Positions 48,224 through 60,647 of a stretch of DNA of 64,000 nucleotides are shown piece after piece. The DNA comes from Adineta vaga (taxonomy: Eukaryota > Animalia > Rotifera). The stretch covers positions 9,884,585 to 9,948,584 of the forward strand of contig CP075497.1 of NCBI GenBank assembly GCA_021613535.1, given 5' to 3'. The notes beneath the pieces were generated by a model. The model searched no databases. It worked only from the letters and a program-made list of their open reading frames with translations, and had not been told where the DNA came from. Each line of letters opens with the position of its first letter. Within the stretch, counting starts at the first letter, position 1. The translations under genes were made by a program, and so were the position numbers.

Positions 48224-51200
48224 GTCTTATTTTTGTTGTTTACGACTTCTTCGAAGATTCGTTATCATATATTTCATAGCTTTTTCTTCTACTCTTATCA
48301 GTATGTAAAAGTCGAGTAGGAGTGACTTTCGGATTCGTATATGAGTAACACGAATGACAAAATAGAAATAAATGAAACAAATCAGACGACAATTTACATA
48401 AAGATACTACGCAAACTGAAAATCACTATGAAATAAAGATAAGCATACAATATAATTAGCTTTCGTATTTAAATAGTCAAACTGTGAATTGAAGAATTCA
48501 AATTTTTTCATGAAAGACATAGATCATTAAAGAATCTCTAAGTAGAATTTAAATAATCGATGTATAAACTTTACTAGTTGGGAAAAGTATATTTACAGTC
48601 ACGTCATCACTAGGGAATATGAAAGAACCTACTACGATAATGTTACTGAAAAAACAATACACGAACTAGGGAAGATTTACACAATGAGTACGTTACGATG
48701 CATAACTCAGTCTTTCAGAATACCACTCGATATGAATTCGAATAGATACGCATTCAAAACGGGATTCTAACTTTAACGCATCTACGGTCTTTTTTTCAGA
48801 TCCTGAACAAGATTGCTTTGGTTATGTGCAGAAAAATAAAGATGAATGATCATTTTTTTGGGGTCCGTTTTTAAATACGCGAAGAAATTCAACTAATTAA
48901 TATTATAACAATGGTTGCATATCTATTTCAAATGAAATTATTTTCAAGCCCATAATACAATGAACATCACGATAACATCGTCTGTTATATTAATTGACTT
49001 CATAAGTCAATGTGAAATATTTTTATTACGTTTCAATTCAAAGTTTGGTAAAATAGCGATAGAATACAAAATACTTCTACTTTTTTTATTAAAATGAGAT
49101 CCTTAATTGCTTCTAAACTGAGTTTTGTCAATTTAGATTTTAAAAAAGAAATTTTTCATATATAACTGGAAGTAATTATCAAGAGTATATATATTTTCTC
49201 AATTGTTCACGTTAAATATAAATTACTATCGTTCTTTCCGTGCATGGAATTGAGATGAGAATACAATTTGTACTGAAAATGAGGTTCATATTTCTTTTTT
49301 TACATAACATCATTCTCCGGAAAATAGTATTATAGATTGTTGAATAAAAAATGGACTTTTTTAAGGACACCTAGAATGAATATTTGACGAAGATGACAAA
49401 AGCACATGACCATGTAAATATTACTCTATGAAAAGTGCATTTTTCTTGTTTGATTTGATATTCAATAAAGATTCTATTGGACTATCCAAAGCTTAAGTAA
49501 AGAAAATCATGTTTGACAAATAAGATTCAATTTCATTCTCTTCCTAATCCTCATCTTTTGAATTGAAATCTATTTTTAAAAGAATTCGAAAACAATATTT
49601 TTCGTCAACATATTGTAACATTATCCGAAGATTTTACTTTTCATAAAGAAATCTCACAAAATTTGAATTTTTTATTCAAAAAAAACGTTTTCAGAGTTTC
49701 ATCAATTATTATTATATCTCTCTACATATAAAACTGCACGTTTTTGGAGGAAAAAAAATCAATTTGCATGAATAATTTATTTTGTTCGTTTGTTTGTCGA
49801 GCGATCGAATTTCTTTTTTCTATTTTGCAAATAGATATCCTTTTAACTGATATTTGACCCAACTGCTTAACATAAAAGAACAACCCACAATATACGTCAC
49901 CAAATATGTCCTCTAGCAAGAAATTTTAACATATGGAAATAGTAAGCAATCCATTTAGCATTTAGTTTTCTTAGAAATCAATTTTGTTATTACTCATTTC
50001 ATTGTCGTTTATTTGCAGTTTAAAATATTAACATTTGTTCGTTGAATAGAAGAAGAAGAAAAAAAACCACCAAATCCTAAGTACATAAATGTGAACTTTA
50101 ACATAGCATTTAAAATAAGAACAGGTCAAAGATGTCTATGTTTCAATTTAAACTATCACATAAAATAAAAGTAAAATGTCAATGATATTAATTCTCAATG
50201 TATAAGAAATAGAGTAATTTCATATTTGCTATGTCAGTTATTCCGAAGAATCTTTTTTCTAGAATATTGATTTTATTTGCTAAAAAAATAGACGTCCGTT
50301 TTTATTGACATAGAATATTTCATATGCAAGAATAAAAAAAAAGAAAGAAAGAACTGTTTAAATTGTTTAGTAGTTTACTGTCATCTAACAAATATTTATA
50401 TCTGAAGAATTGATTAAAATATACAATGATCAATCGTGATCGTATGAATAAATAATTTGTGAAGCTGTTAAAAATTTGCTTTTGCTTCTCTTTGGATACA
50501 TCAAACCTTGATTTTTTTTTATACTACTTGAAAATAAAAATGCAAATTTCACTCCAAATTAGTTTCTAAGATTTCAATTACAAAAAAAATCCTTTTTTTC
50601 CATTGAATTTGACATTAAAAGTATCATTAGATCTAACGTTGAAATATAATTTATGAAGTAGACATATATAAGTTTATCTTTGATTCTAATCATAATAATC
50701 TTTTGATACTTTATCATAATGTTCACTTTAGCTTGACAAGAACGTAAAAGAGAAGAGTGAGAGAGAGAGAAAATCACTTTATCGAATCTGACATAAAAGT
50801 CAACGTTATATTTTATCGTGTTCGAATGCATTAATTTAATTGTAGAAAAGACAACAATCGACTTGACAATAATATTCTTAATAGTCTCCTGATGTTTATC
50901 ATCTTGTCGTTCATTTTTCCTTCTCATCAATGCCGTACACTTGACATAAATCAATTGAAATAGAAAATAAACGAGAGAAAAGGATCTTTTAATTCAGATT
51001 AGTTATTCAAATTTATACATATTTAAAACACAAAAAAGAAAACGAGAGATTCAAAACAATGAATAAAACTGGCCTAAAACATAAAACAAATCTCTCTCTC
51101 TCTCTATCTCTATCTTTCACTCGCATAAAGATAATCAATTATACATTTGACACATAGCATTTGAAAAGAAAAGAATATTATAAACAGATAAAAACAAAAC

Positions 51201-51291
51201 TGAACATACTTTTTTTTGTAAATTTTTTATCTTTAAATCTGACACACTTGAACAAAAAATATATAATAATAAAAAAAGAAAACAAAGCGAA

Positions 51292-53411
51292 TTAAGCCAC
51301 AGAATTAACAAAAGCTCGTTTTGGTTCAGCTGTTTTATAGAAGACATTTTTCACAAGAATACACCGGGGACTTACGTATAATGGACTTCGTTCCTTGATT
51401 TGTTTGAACATTTTTATCGATGGAAGAAAACGTCGTAAGGTAAAAACTTTTGTATCTTCATGAAGATCAATTTCAATTTCAAATGTTGTTTTTTGTTTTG
51501 GATTAATCTGTATAATCGGTAAATATTTTGTGATTGTGCTTGTTAGATTGGGTGAAAGTAGAGTAAGTTTGATTTTGATTTGTGCACCCATAATGCCGAA
51601 TGGTTCTTCGGCTGACATAATTAAACATTGTTTAGCAATATTTCGAATATGATTACATGGAATAAATAGATTGTCACATGATAAATGTTTGATTTTACTC
51701 TCACGTAATGTTGTTAATAAACGTTTGGCTACGAGTGATAAATGTTCTTCTCGTAAATCAAGTTCAGGATCGTAATTAAATATAGAAGATTGTTGCTGAA
51801 GTATATTGATCATCGTTATTGAATCTGTAGAAAAGAAAATAATGAAATAGAAAAAGACATATAATTGAGAGGTATAAAGAGCACAATCACAATCGAATAT
51901 AAAGCAATCTAAAGAGTTTTATAAGGTTTCCTGGCTTGCCTCTTCGCTCTCGACGTAACAAATGAAGCCTTGTCGAGACTAAATTACTAAAACAACACAT
52001 AGTTCGATGTCGCTATTACTCGCTTTCTTTCCTTCTTTCTCTTTTTCTCCGCCTCAATTGGCATCGTCATCGTTCGCGCGATATACATGGACACTTTTTT
52101 TCTTCTGCTTGATAAAATCTTCTCCTCTTCAAAACTTAGTCAACAAGACATATTCGAAGGAGATTTTCAAGTGTACATATACAAATTCGTTCTTGATTAT
52201 TTTCTTCTTTTTCAATATATAAAGAACACAAAATGAAAAGAGAATAATATGGATATGTTATGTTATGTTATGTTTTTCTCTCTGTCTATCGACTTCGACA
52301 TGAATATTGATAAGATTATAGATTCAATGAAAAACTAGTGAACTTAAATAAGTTAAACTCAATATGTTGTACTTGTGTCAAATGTTTTATTTCTCTTCGT
52401 AGGTTAGAAGGAGAAAAGCAATGACAGTTTGAATATTATTCTTCGATTGTCAGTCAGATGGTGTTACTATTCGAAGAGAAAACTAATGTTCATTGATCTT
52501 TTCTTGTCAATTTGATGGATGGATCAAACAGACGAGCGGCGTATACATATACATATACAAAATGATGGTGTACAGTTGCTATTAAGAAAACAAATTCTCT
52601 CTTTCTATATATCTTTGGACGTGCGGTCTAGATCGTTTCTCTATCTCCCTCTTTTTTTTTACTCAGTTGCTTTGTTGATGATCGATATTTGTCTATACTA
52701 TACATACATACACATACATCTATAAATATCGTCAATGCCGCCATAGTTTTATATTAATAAGATTGACAACAATAGTAAAAAGAGAAGAAGAAAAAAAAGT
52801 GTACAGGGAAATATTTACTGAAAGTAAATATTAAAGCTATTGCACTACGTTGATAAAACAATATAGGCAACACTGACTGGCTTTTTTTGTATGCTTACTG
52901 TATACGACGAAGTTTGCTTCTCTCGAGGTATCGCAGTAACAGAATCAATAATCAAATGAGAAAGAACACGCGTAAAAAGAGATAAAGATGATTAAGAACA
53001 TTCTGTTCTCACACATATGCATATACAATCAGATTATATAAACAACAGATTGGATGGTTCTTTTCCTATCGATAAATAAAAACTTAACGTCTTCGTTCTC
53101 TTTTTACCTTGTTTAAATGTTGTTGATTTTGAAATTTGTTTGAACAGATTCGTCATACGTTGTTTACAACGTTCTATCCAAGATAAATTTTCATTTAAAT
53201 TGAAATGTGTTTGTCGATCAAGTGTTTGATGATTTACAGGATTTTGATTTGAATATTGATCATTTGCTGAAGGAAGACCTGTTGTTGACGAACTTCGTCG
53301 TCCATTATATACACCATCATGAGTATGAGAAGTAAAAGATAATGTTTCACATGTTGGATAAGAAGAATTTCGTCCAAAGGTTGTTGTAACAGTATTACTG
53401 ATGGCTGACAT
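51292..53411 (-). CDS. DDIT4/REDD1 (RTP801; scylla/charybde-like) family protein, copy A, 2 exons separated by an intron of about 1.27 kb
   Basis: Exon 1 53411-about 53102 (MSAISNTVTTTF...ENLSWIERCKQRMTNLFKQISKSTTFKQ, donor GTAAAAAG). Exon 2 about 51833-51292 (DSITMINILQQQSSIFNYDPELDLREEHLSLVAKRLLTTLRESKIKHLSCDNLFIPCNHIRNIAKQCLIMSAEEPFGIMGAQIKIKLTLLSP...FTLRRFLPSIKMFKQIKERSPLYVSPRCILVKNVFYKTAE, stop). The C-terminal domain aligns with the conserved REDD1 C-terminal region (EPCGLRGALLDV / LxLRLD / RVIKKKLY pattern). Confidence 0.7.
51317..51771. repeat. 455-nt duplicated segment, copy 1 (about 99% identical to 56075-56529); lies within the C-terminal coding region of REDD1-like copy A
   Basis: Direct base-by-base comparison gives about 5 mismatches in 455 nt, with the same orientation and a constant offset of 4758 nt. 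Identity ends abruptly on both sides inside the coding sequence. Confidence 0.9.
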
Positions 53412-56052
53412 TACTTACTTTCCTTTCTTTCGTCTTTCTTTTTTATTGATATATATTATACGAGTGATGACAATCAAGAAATAGTCTGAAATATTACATA
53501 CAAAGAGAAAAAATTGTAAAGAGAGCAAGAAGAACAAGAAAAGGCCACGAAGAAAAAAGAGAGGAGAAAAAAAAGTAAATGAATAGGTATGGGATTAGTA
53601 GCTTTTATGTTAGAGACAACAGCTGGTATATAGTATGACCATTTTTGTTAAATGTTCTTAACATTCGTTGACCCTATTTGAAAACTTTTAAAAATGATCT
53701 GACGTAATGCACTTACTAATGGTACACGTTTTTTTCTAGCTTTTGAGAAAAAGTCGTTAAAAGAATAACTGACAAAATATTCTAGACGACTTACTATATA
53801 CATATGACGTAAAAAAAGTATGCTTTTAGAATAACTATGCATGTTTTAAGTCATAGTAGACGTACGTCAAATATGAATACATTCCGATGGGTTCTACGCC
53901 TTAGTCATTTGCAGACATCATACGCGTCTATGTGTTATGAGTATCAGAAAATAGATAAGGAATGATGCCACTGTCACGTTTACAAAATGACTACATTTCT
54001 CGTATTTTTTATTCATAGAAAAAGATATATTGCCTTTTTAAGTTCGGATCTATTTAACATAAATGGCCACTTTGACGCTGCTCAGCATGACCTTGTATTA
54101 TTGAGTAGCATACGTGTCAGGCATTACTGACGCCAGAATGATTCCTGTCAGAGGAGGTTCTCAGTAATCAATCACGCTGTTCGATGTCGTCAGTAATCTT
54201 TTCTTTTTTCGCTCTAACTCGTGTCTGTCCTTTGCTATCTAGATCAGCACAATTTTTTGCGTTTTCTCTCATTTATTCGTACAATGCGTATTTTTGCATC
54301 GATTTTTCTTCTCCTTCTCAGCACATCATTAAATACGGTTTCAGTAGTATAGAGTGTAGAGAAAAAAAGACGAAGCACAGAAGAAAAAAAGACACATGGA
54401 GACGTGCAATGTGTGCACCATCACGACAGTTTACTTCCTCTCATTTACTGTATGTTTCTTACTCTTTTCCTTTCATTCTCTTTATCACTATCAATATCAT
54501 GATGACCTTCTCTCCTATCATCGCACGTTCGCACACAACACGATTTGAATCAATTCATTTCAATCTATTACCTACCTACTTGCCAATATCTAAGCACATA
54601 TCGACACAGTAATTTCATAAGTTAAGCGAAAAAAAAGAAAAATCGTTTGATATACTCAACCGATACTGAACTTCATCATTGATCATCGGCTTCATTTAAC
54701 TAAGGTTATTACGTACAAAATAACAGCAAGAAGAAAAATGAGAGTTTATACTCACAAAACCTTCGCCATTAACACATATGTTTATGTATATAGCAATGTA
54801 TATGTACAAGCAAAGCAAAGCAGACCATATCGATAGTTCTTTCGTTCTTCCATCAGCTGGATGCCCGTCATTCTCTTATTTTCTCTTTAGACCGACACGC
54901 TACTACTTTTTCTCCCTCTCTCATCAACGCGCAAATTAACATATGTGTTTGCGTGTTGTTCGTTTCTTTGCACAGCGAGAATAAATCAGCTGTTTTATGC
55001 TTCACATTTGATTCTTATCTGGTCAATAGTGAAGAACGAAAAAAAAGAAAAAAGACGAAAGAACAGGAAAAAAGAAAATTCATATATCGTGATTGTCAAT
55101 ATTTGCAGTTCACATAACAACAATAGAACGTTTTAATTTCTCCGTGTCTGTAGCTTCGTTTCTTTTTCTTTTATTGCTTCTATCGGAAGACCGGCACAAC
55201 CGTGTCTCTATAGATATAGATTCACTTGAAAAGAACATATGTATGTGTAAGAACATCGCATTACAAAACAAGACAAACAACACATAAACATAGAATACAT
55301 TGATAGATAGAGAGATAGATATAAAGACATATATATATATACGTATAAGAAACAAAATGACACACGTTGTTCGAAGAATGAAGGAAATTGAATCAGAAAA
55401 ATGCTTATGAGAATGGCAAAAAGACAATGAAGAAGAACATACAATACAGACGAAAGAAGGGAAGAAATGGCAGGTTTTTTTTTGATTCTTCAGATAATCA
55501 CAACAACAAAAAATAGATAATATAAATATAGGAAGTCTTATCTTGATTAATATTTAAATATTTTTACTTTTTTCTTAATAAGAAAAATTAGAGCGAAAAG
55601 AGAGAGAAAGAGAAAGAGAAAATGTGTGAATGAATAAGAAAAAAAAACAAACAAAAAATAGAAATAGAACAAAGGACATGGCGATGTAATGGATCATTCT
55701 CACAGTTAAACATAGACAAAAAGAAGAAAAAAAAGAAAACAAATAGTGAAGAATAAATAGTTCTAATCGACACGGAAAAACACACACCCACACAAAAAGA
55801 AAGCATATGTATCATCGTCATCTGACTTAAACTAAAGGATTTTGACGACAAACAGATCTTGTCATAGAGATAAGAAAACAAATACATGATTTGCCTATTG
55901 TATGAACGAGACAACAATAAACTATACGAATAAATATTGCCTACGTCGAAAGAAAAAAAAAGAAGAACAAGAAGAAAAGAAGAAGTAAAATCAGTCTTAT
56001 TTCTTTTGTTGAATACTTGAAGAGATTTCTTTTTTTTGTTCGATTAAATTTA

Positions 56053-56910
56053 TCAGGATGAATTTATAATAGCCCGTTTTGGTTCAGCTGTTTTATAGAA
56101 GACATTTTTCACAAGAATACACCGGGGACTTACGTACAATGGACTTCGTTCCTTGATTTGCTGAAACATTTTTATCGATGGAAGAAAATGTCGTAAGGTA
56201 AAAACTTTTGTATCTTCATGAAGATCAATTTCAATTTCAAATGTTGTTTTTTGTTTTGGATTAATCTGTATAATCGGTAAATATTTTGTGATTGTGCTTG
56301 TTAGATTGGGTGAAAGTAGAGTAAGTTTGATTTTGATTTGTGCACCCATAATGCCGAATGGTTCTTCGGCTGACATAATTAAACATTGTTTAGCAATATT
56401 TCGAATATGATTACATGGAATAAATAGATTGTCACATGATAAATGTTTGATTTTACTCTCACGTAATGTTGTTAATAAACGTTTGGCTACGAGTGATAAA
56501 TGTTCTTCTCGTAAATCAAGTTCAGGATCATAAATAAATGTTGATTGTTGATTTATATCCAATATATTATCTTGATTATTTATTGGATTTGTTCCATATG
56601 ACATATGTTTGAACAAATTAACCACACGAGATTTAATACGTTGAAGAAAATTTTTATTTTCTAAATTTGTTGAATGATGTGATGGGATCGTATTCGAACG
56701 TTGATCAACTTGATTTAAATATGTATGTAAAGTATTTGAAGATGAACTATATTTCTTTTGAAGTGAACTATTCATTGTTGATGACAATGTTCGTTGAGTT
56801 GGGCATGATGCATTACGTGTAAATTGTGGATGACTGACAGAAACAATTGATGATGAACCAGCTGATTGTGTTTTTGTTGTTGACGACGTTGGTAATGCCA
56901 TTATTGTCAA
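56053..56910 (-). CDS. DDIT4/REDD1-like protein, copy B, single uninterrupted 285-aa ORF (no intron at the position where copy A has one)
   Basis: ORF 56053-56910. The N-terminal half is S/T-rich and diverged but alignable to copy A exon 1 (LENKNFLQRIKSRVVNLFKHMS versus LNENLSWIERCKQRMTNLFKQIS). The C-terminal 150 aa are nearly identical to copy A. Confidence 0.7.
   Translation of the reverse strand: MTIMALPTSSTTKTQSAGSSSIVSVSHPQFTRNASCPTQRTLSSTMNSSLQKKYSSSSNTLHTYLNQVDQRSNTIPSHHSTNLENKNFLQRIKSRVVNLFKHMSYGTNPINNQDNILDINQQSTFIYDPELDLREEHLSLVAKRLLTTLRESKIKHLSCDNLFIPCNHIRNIAKQCLIMSAEEPFGIMGAQIKIKLTLLSPNLTSTITKYLPIIQINPKQKTTFEIEIDLHEDTKVFTLRHFLPSIKMFQQIKERSPLYVSPRCILVKNVFYKTAEPKRAIINSS
56075..56529. 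repeat. 455-nt duplicated segment, copy 2 (partner of 51317-51771); within REDD1-like copy B
   Basis: See the partner entry. Confidence 0.9.
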
Positions 56911-58798
56911 TCTAGAATAAAGAGATCATTTTACTGGTAATTCTATTCGATATATATGATCCGTTGTTTTTCCTTTTTTTTTTATTCTCTTCTTGTCGAG
57001 CTACCCGCCCACTTCTCCACTTCCGTCACCTGGTCTTCTCTCATTCGGTTCAATACACAAGATCATTAGAATTGAATCCCAATGTGCATATTCATAGATC
57101 TCTAGAGATTAGTGAGAAAAAAAGAAAAGATTGAATGCTGTCGAGTGTGTAACAGCTAAGAATAAAATAGTTAAAGACATGTCTATAAGTATGAAATAAT
57201 ATGAAAAAAGAAAGAAAACGAACAAGGCAACAGACTATCTTTAAGTATACTGAAGATGAATCATCTTCTTCTGTTAATTAAAATAGAAATGATGGTGTTA
57301 TTAGAAAATATTCGAGGTATGAATATGTATTTTTCTTTTCTCTACTTGTTAGTCAATATCTAGAGACATACGCAACCGATAAACGAGAATGGTGAATGAG
57401 AAAAAAAAAATTTATTTCGACAAGTTAAAAATATCCAACAAGAGAAAAGCACCTGAAAATATGCATAACCTTCAGTTCGAAATTTTTTTTTCTTGCCTAA
57501 TTGACGTGATCATTACGAAAAAAAATTGTTTTTAATTAGACACTTTCTTTTCCAAGGAACTTTCTATTATAACTGATAGTCATCACTCGATATTTGAATA
57601 CATTCATATCAAGTAGTGATGAATGAGAGATACATAGATCGATAAATGGAACCAAAGATTTTCAAGACTTACAGAAAAATGTATGTTTGTCACCGATAGA
57701 AAAGAGCTGAGCTGCTGGGATGTATGTATGTATGATGGTGTCGTCGTCGTCGTCGCACACTCGATCTGAACAAGAAATGCATCAGAGGAGGTCGTTATTC
57801 TCTCTTTTTCTCTCGTTTTTCTATAACGGTCGTTCTCTCATTCTCTCTCTCTCTTTTTTTTCTCTTGCGTTCTCTTCTATCGATTCTGTTAACACAGCTG
57901 ATTGTCGAGCGAGAAAAGCAAGTACATTCATTATACATACACTGTTCGGCCGGGTCGAACATTACTTCTTTCTTCGTTTCTGTCTATATATGCAAGCAAA
58001 AACAGCTGCTATGGGTTCAATGATTGGTTACAATTTGACAGCTTCATCTGATGAAGAAAAGAACGAGGAGAGAGAGGGGAAAAAAAAGAGGAACGTAAGA
58101 AATTTTTCTCTTGCTTTGCTTTTTTTTTTGTTATAAGATTACCTCGCGCGTGTCGTTCATTACTCGAGGGTATGTGATATATGCTGTGCACGATAATGAT
58201 GTGAAATCGGCACAAAAGATCTCTCGGGGTTGTCATCGATTGTGTGTGCTATAAAGGGATGAACGAAAAGCTCCCGGCTATCGATCACACATGTCTCATG
58301 AAGTGTTCATCATTAAAAAAAAAAAGAAGAGAGCTAACTTTTTTTTTCTTCTTTTTGTACGTTTGTATTGATGTGCTTGTTTAACTGTGTACTGTAGACG
58401 ACGACGATGAAGAAGAAGAAGAAGAAAAACTCATTATCACTCTCTTTACAAGAATGACGAAAGGCGAGAACAACTGCAGCTGATATTAGCCAGATTTTTC
58501 TCTTATATTTTCTGACAACGAACAAATTGATCACAGAACATCTATCAAACATAGCGCAAACGGATCTTTTTCTCTTTTTTGGCTTGCTTGTTCTCAGCTG
58601 GAGTATATATACATATATATACACTATACAGGCCATTTGTATACGAGAGAAACCATCATTATCCATGTTATGTGAGCAGCGCACAGCTGGACGGTCGAGT
58701 CGATTTATAAACATATATACACTATTCGTCATCTGATCCGATCTCCAGATGATGACGAAAAGTTTCATTTCTCGAAGATCTGATTTCTTTTTCTTTTT

Positions 58799-58830
58799 TC
58801 TTCTTCTTCTTCTTCTTCTTCTTCTTCTTT
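58799..58830. repeat. (TTC)n microsatellite, about 10 units
   Basis: cttcttcttcttcttcttcttcttcttctt read directly. Confidence 0.95.
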
Positions 58831-59311
58831 ATAATGTCGATCTATCTCTAATGAATTGAACAAGCGAGTACGTGCTTATTCTCTATTCAATTACCCTTGC
58901 TGCTGAGGGTTTCTTACTGTTCTTATCGCACTTGCATTATTGGTCTCATCATGTCTGTTTGCTAATGATTCTCTCTCTCTCGCCCTTCCTTTCCCTTTTT
59001 TGGTCGGGGTTTTTTTGCTTTGCTTGTTAGAAGAAAATAAAGATATATAATATATATATACATACACATACATCGAACCCTTTACGAACATCACCTGTCA
59101 TCAATGCACAGGTAGATTGCTGACTGACAGCTAATTGAATGAGGAAAAAAAGAAAAAAAATCAACGAGACGTTCGTTTGTCTCTTGTGAACAGAAAACCT
59201 ATTCATGATTCGATTACTCTATTTTTATCTATAGAAGATTGAATCAGCATCGCCTGACAGCACATTCGCATTCTATCTATTGCTGTTAGTTATTGTCGAG
59301 ATGGGACGTGG

Positions 59312-59327
59312 GTGTGTGTGTGTGTGT
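59312..59327. repeat. (GT)n microsatellite
   Basis: gtgtgtgtgtgtgtgt read directly. Confidence 0.9.
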
Positions 59328-59976
59328 ATAGATGAAAAAAGAAGAGCAAAAAGATGAGTTGTGTATTGCATGCTCGATCAAGATAGCATCTTCTCACGTG
59401 TACGTGTAGCTTTTCATTCATCATCATAATCTTTTCGTTGTGTACACATATCAAGATGGTGTATAGTATATTTATTCGACACAAAGAAATCTAACATTTT
59501 TATGTGAAGACAAAAATCGACAAGAAGAGACGATCAATCTCTCGACAAAATGTTCGTCAAGTTTATGTGAAATAGAAAGAGTTTACTTGTAGTCATTTAG
59601 GAAAAGGTCATGATCAAGATAAAAAAATTGAGACCTACAGTCGACTGATGATAGAGTAATCTTTACAGTTCCTTGCCTATATAAGAGATGGAATTATGGC
59701 CTAAAGAAATGACATGAATGATTTAAGCAAATACTTGAAATAAGCTCTTTGATTAATTTCTGCCGAAGGATAACAAATCAAATAATCAGAGACAAGGCGT
59801 CAGAATCAATTTGTTCTCCTTTCTCATCTGTTTGATATGATGATAGATCGAGGGAAAAGATTCGACTGGGAAATAGTTTAGGAAGAATATGAAAGGGCAT
59901 TACCTATTCTACTTTTTCTTATCGTTATTATAACGACTATTGATATGTATGTTTAATACCACCAATGCACATACGT

Positions 59977-60000
59977 ATATATATATATATATATATATAT
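59977..60000. repeat. (TA)n microsatellite, 12 units
   Basis: tatatatatatatatatatatatat read directly; a (TTA)n-like tract follows at about 60050-60090. Confidence 0.95.
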
Positions 60001-60627
60001 CGAAAGAAGGAAAAGTGAGATTCCATAAGTTGACTGTTGTTGATGTTTTTGTTTTTATTATTATTATCATTATTATTATTGTTGTTGTGTGCATTCCTTC
60101 TCATTTTTTTCTCTCCTGTCATTGCTTGATATTTGCCTATAGTCTTTTTTTCCATTGTATGTATTCTCATCGGTTTGTCTTCTGCTTGCAATCACTAATC
60201 CACTCTCATCTATCTTTCGACTACTGTATATGTATATGGATGTGTGCGTGTCAATAGTTCAATAATTTAGTTTCTCTGCACGACGCCAGCTGTCAACTAA
60301 ACAACACATGGCTCTGATTCTCGTGTATATGTAATGCATCATCAATCACCTTTGAATTGCTATTTCGATCGTGAAAGAAAAATATTAGTCTCAATGTAAT
60401 CATTTCTTTTTCTTTTTTCTTTTTTAATATCAAATCAAAATCCTCTCGAGATCGAATGAAGTATTTTATCATTGAATGTTCTCAAAGAAAAATAGTATAT
60501 TTAACTATACAATATAATCACAATCTCGATTTTATGTGTGAACATGAGTAGAAGAGAAAGAATTAATTCACATTTGCATTTTTGACACCATCCTCGAATG
60601 CATATACACATTGGCACTTAACAAAAC

Positions 60628-60647
60628 GAGAGAGAGAGAGAGAGAGA
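60628..60647. repeat. (GA)n microsatellite
   Basis: gagagagagagagagagaga read directly. Confidence 0.9.

Noticed and set aside
50574-50954. 126-aa minus-strand ORF in the intergenic region upstream of the REDD1 pair
   Set aside because: Its composition is AT-driven (I/K/N/M-rich) with no recognisable motif, and it lies within a long AT-rich tract. It is probably a chance ORF, and no splice partners were found.
54184-55917. Multiple 60-140-aa ORFs on both strands between the two REDD1-like genes (54184-54612, 55110-55444, 55575-55917)
   Set aside because: They all lie in polypurine or polypyrimidine tracts, and the peptides are poly-F/L/S or poly-K/E/R. I interpret these as non-coding regulatory or UTR DNA.
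57720-58236. 138-aa ORF (57720-58136, +) and overlapping 75-aa ORF (58009-58236, -) in the gene-poor tail
   Set aside because: The translations are low-complexity (poly-S, poly-L/F, poly-K/E) and directly reflect CT, GA and AAG runs. They have no domain-like composition and no splice context.
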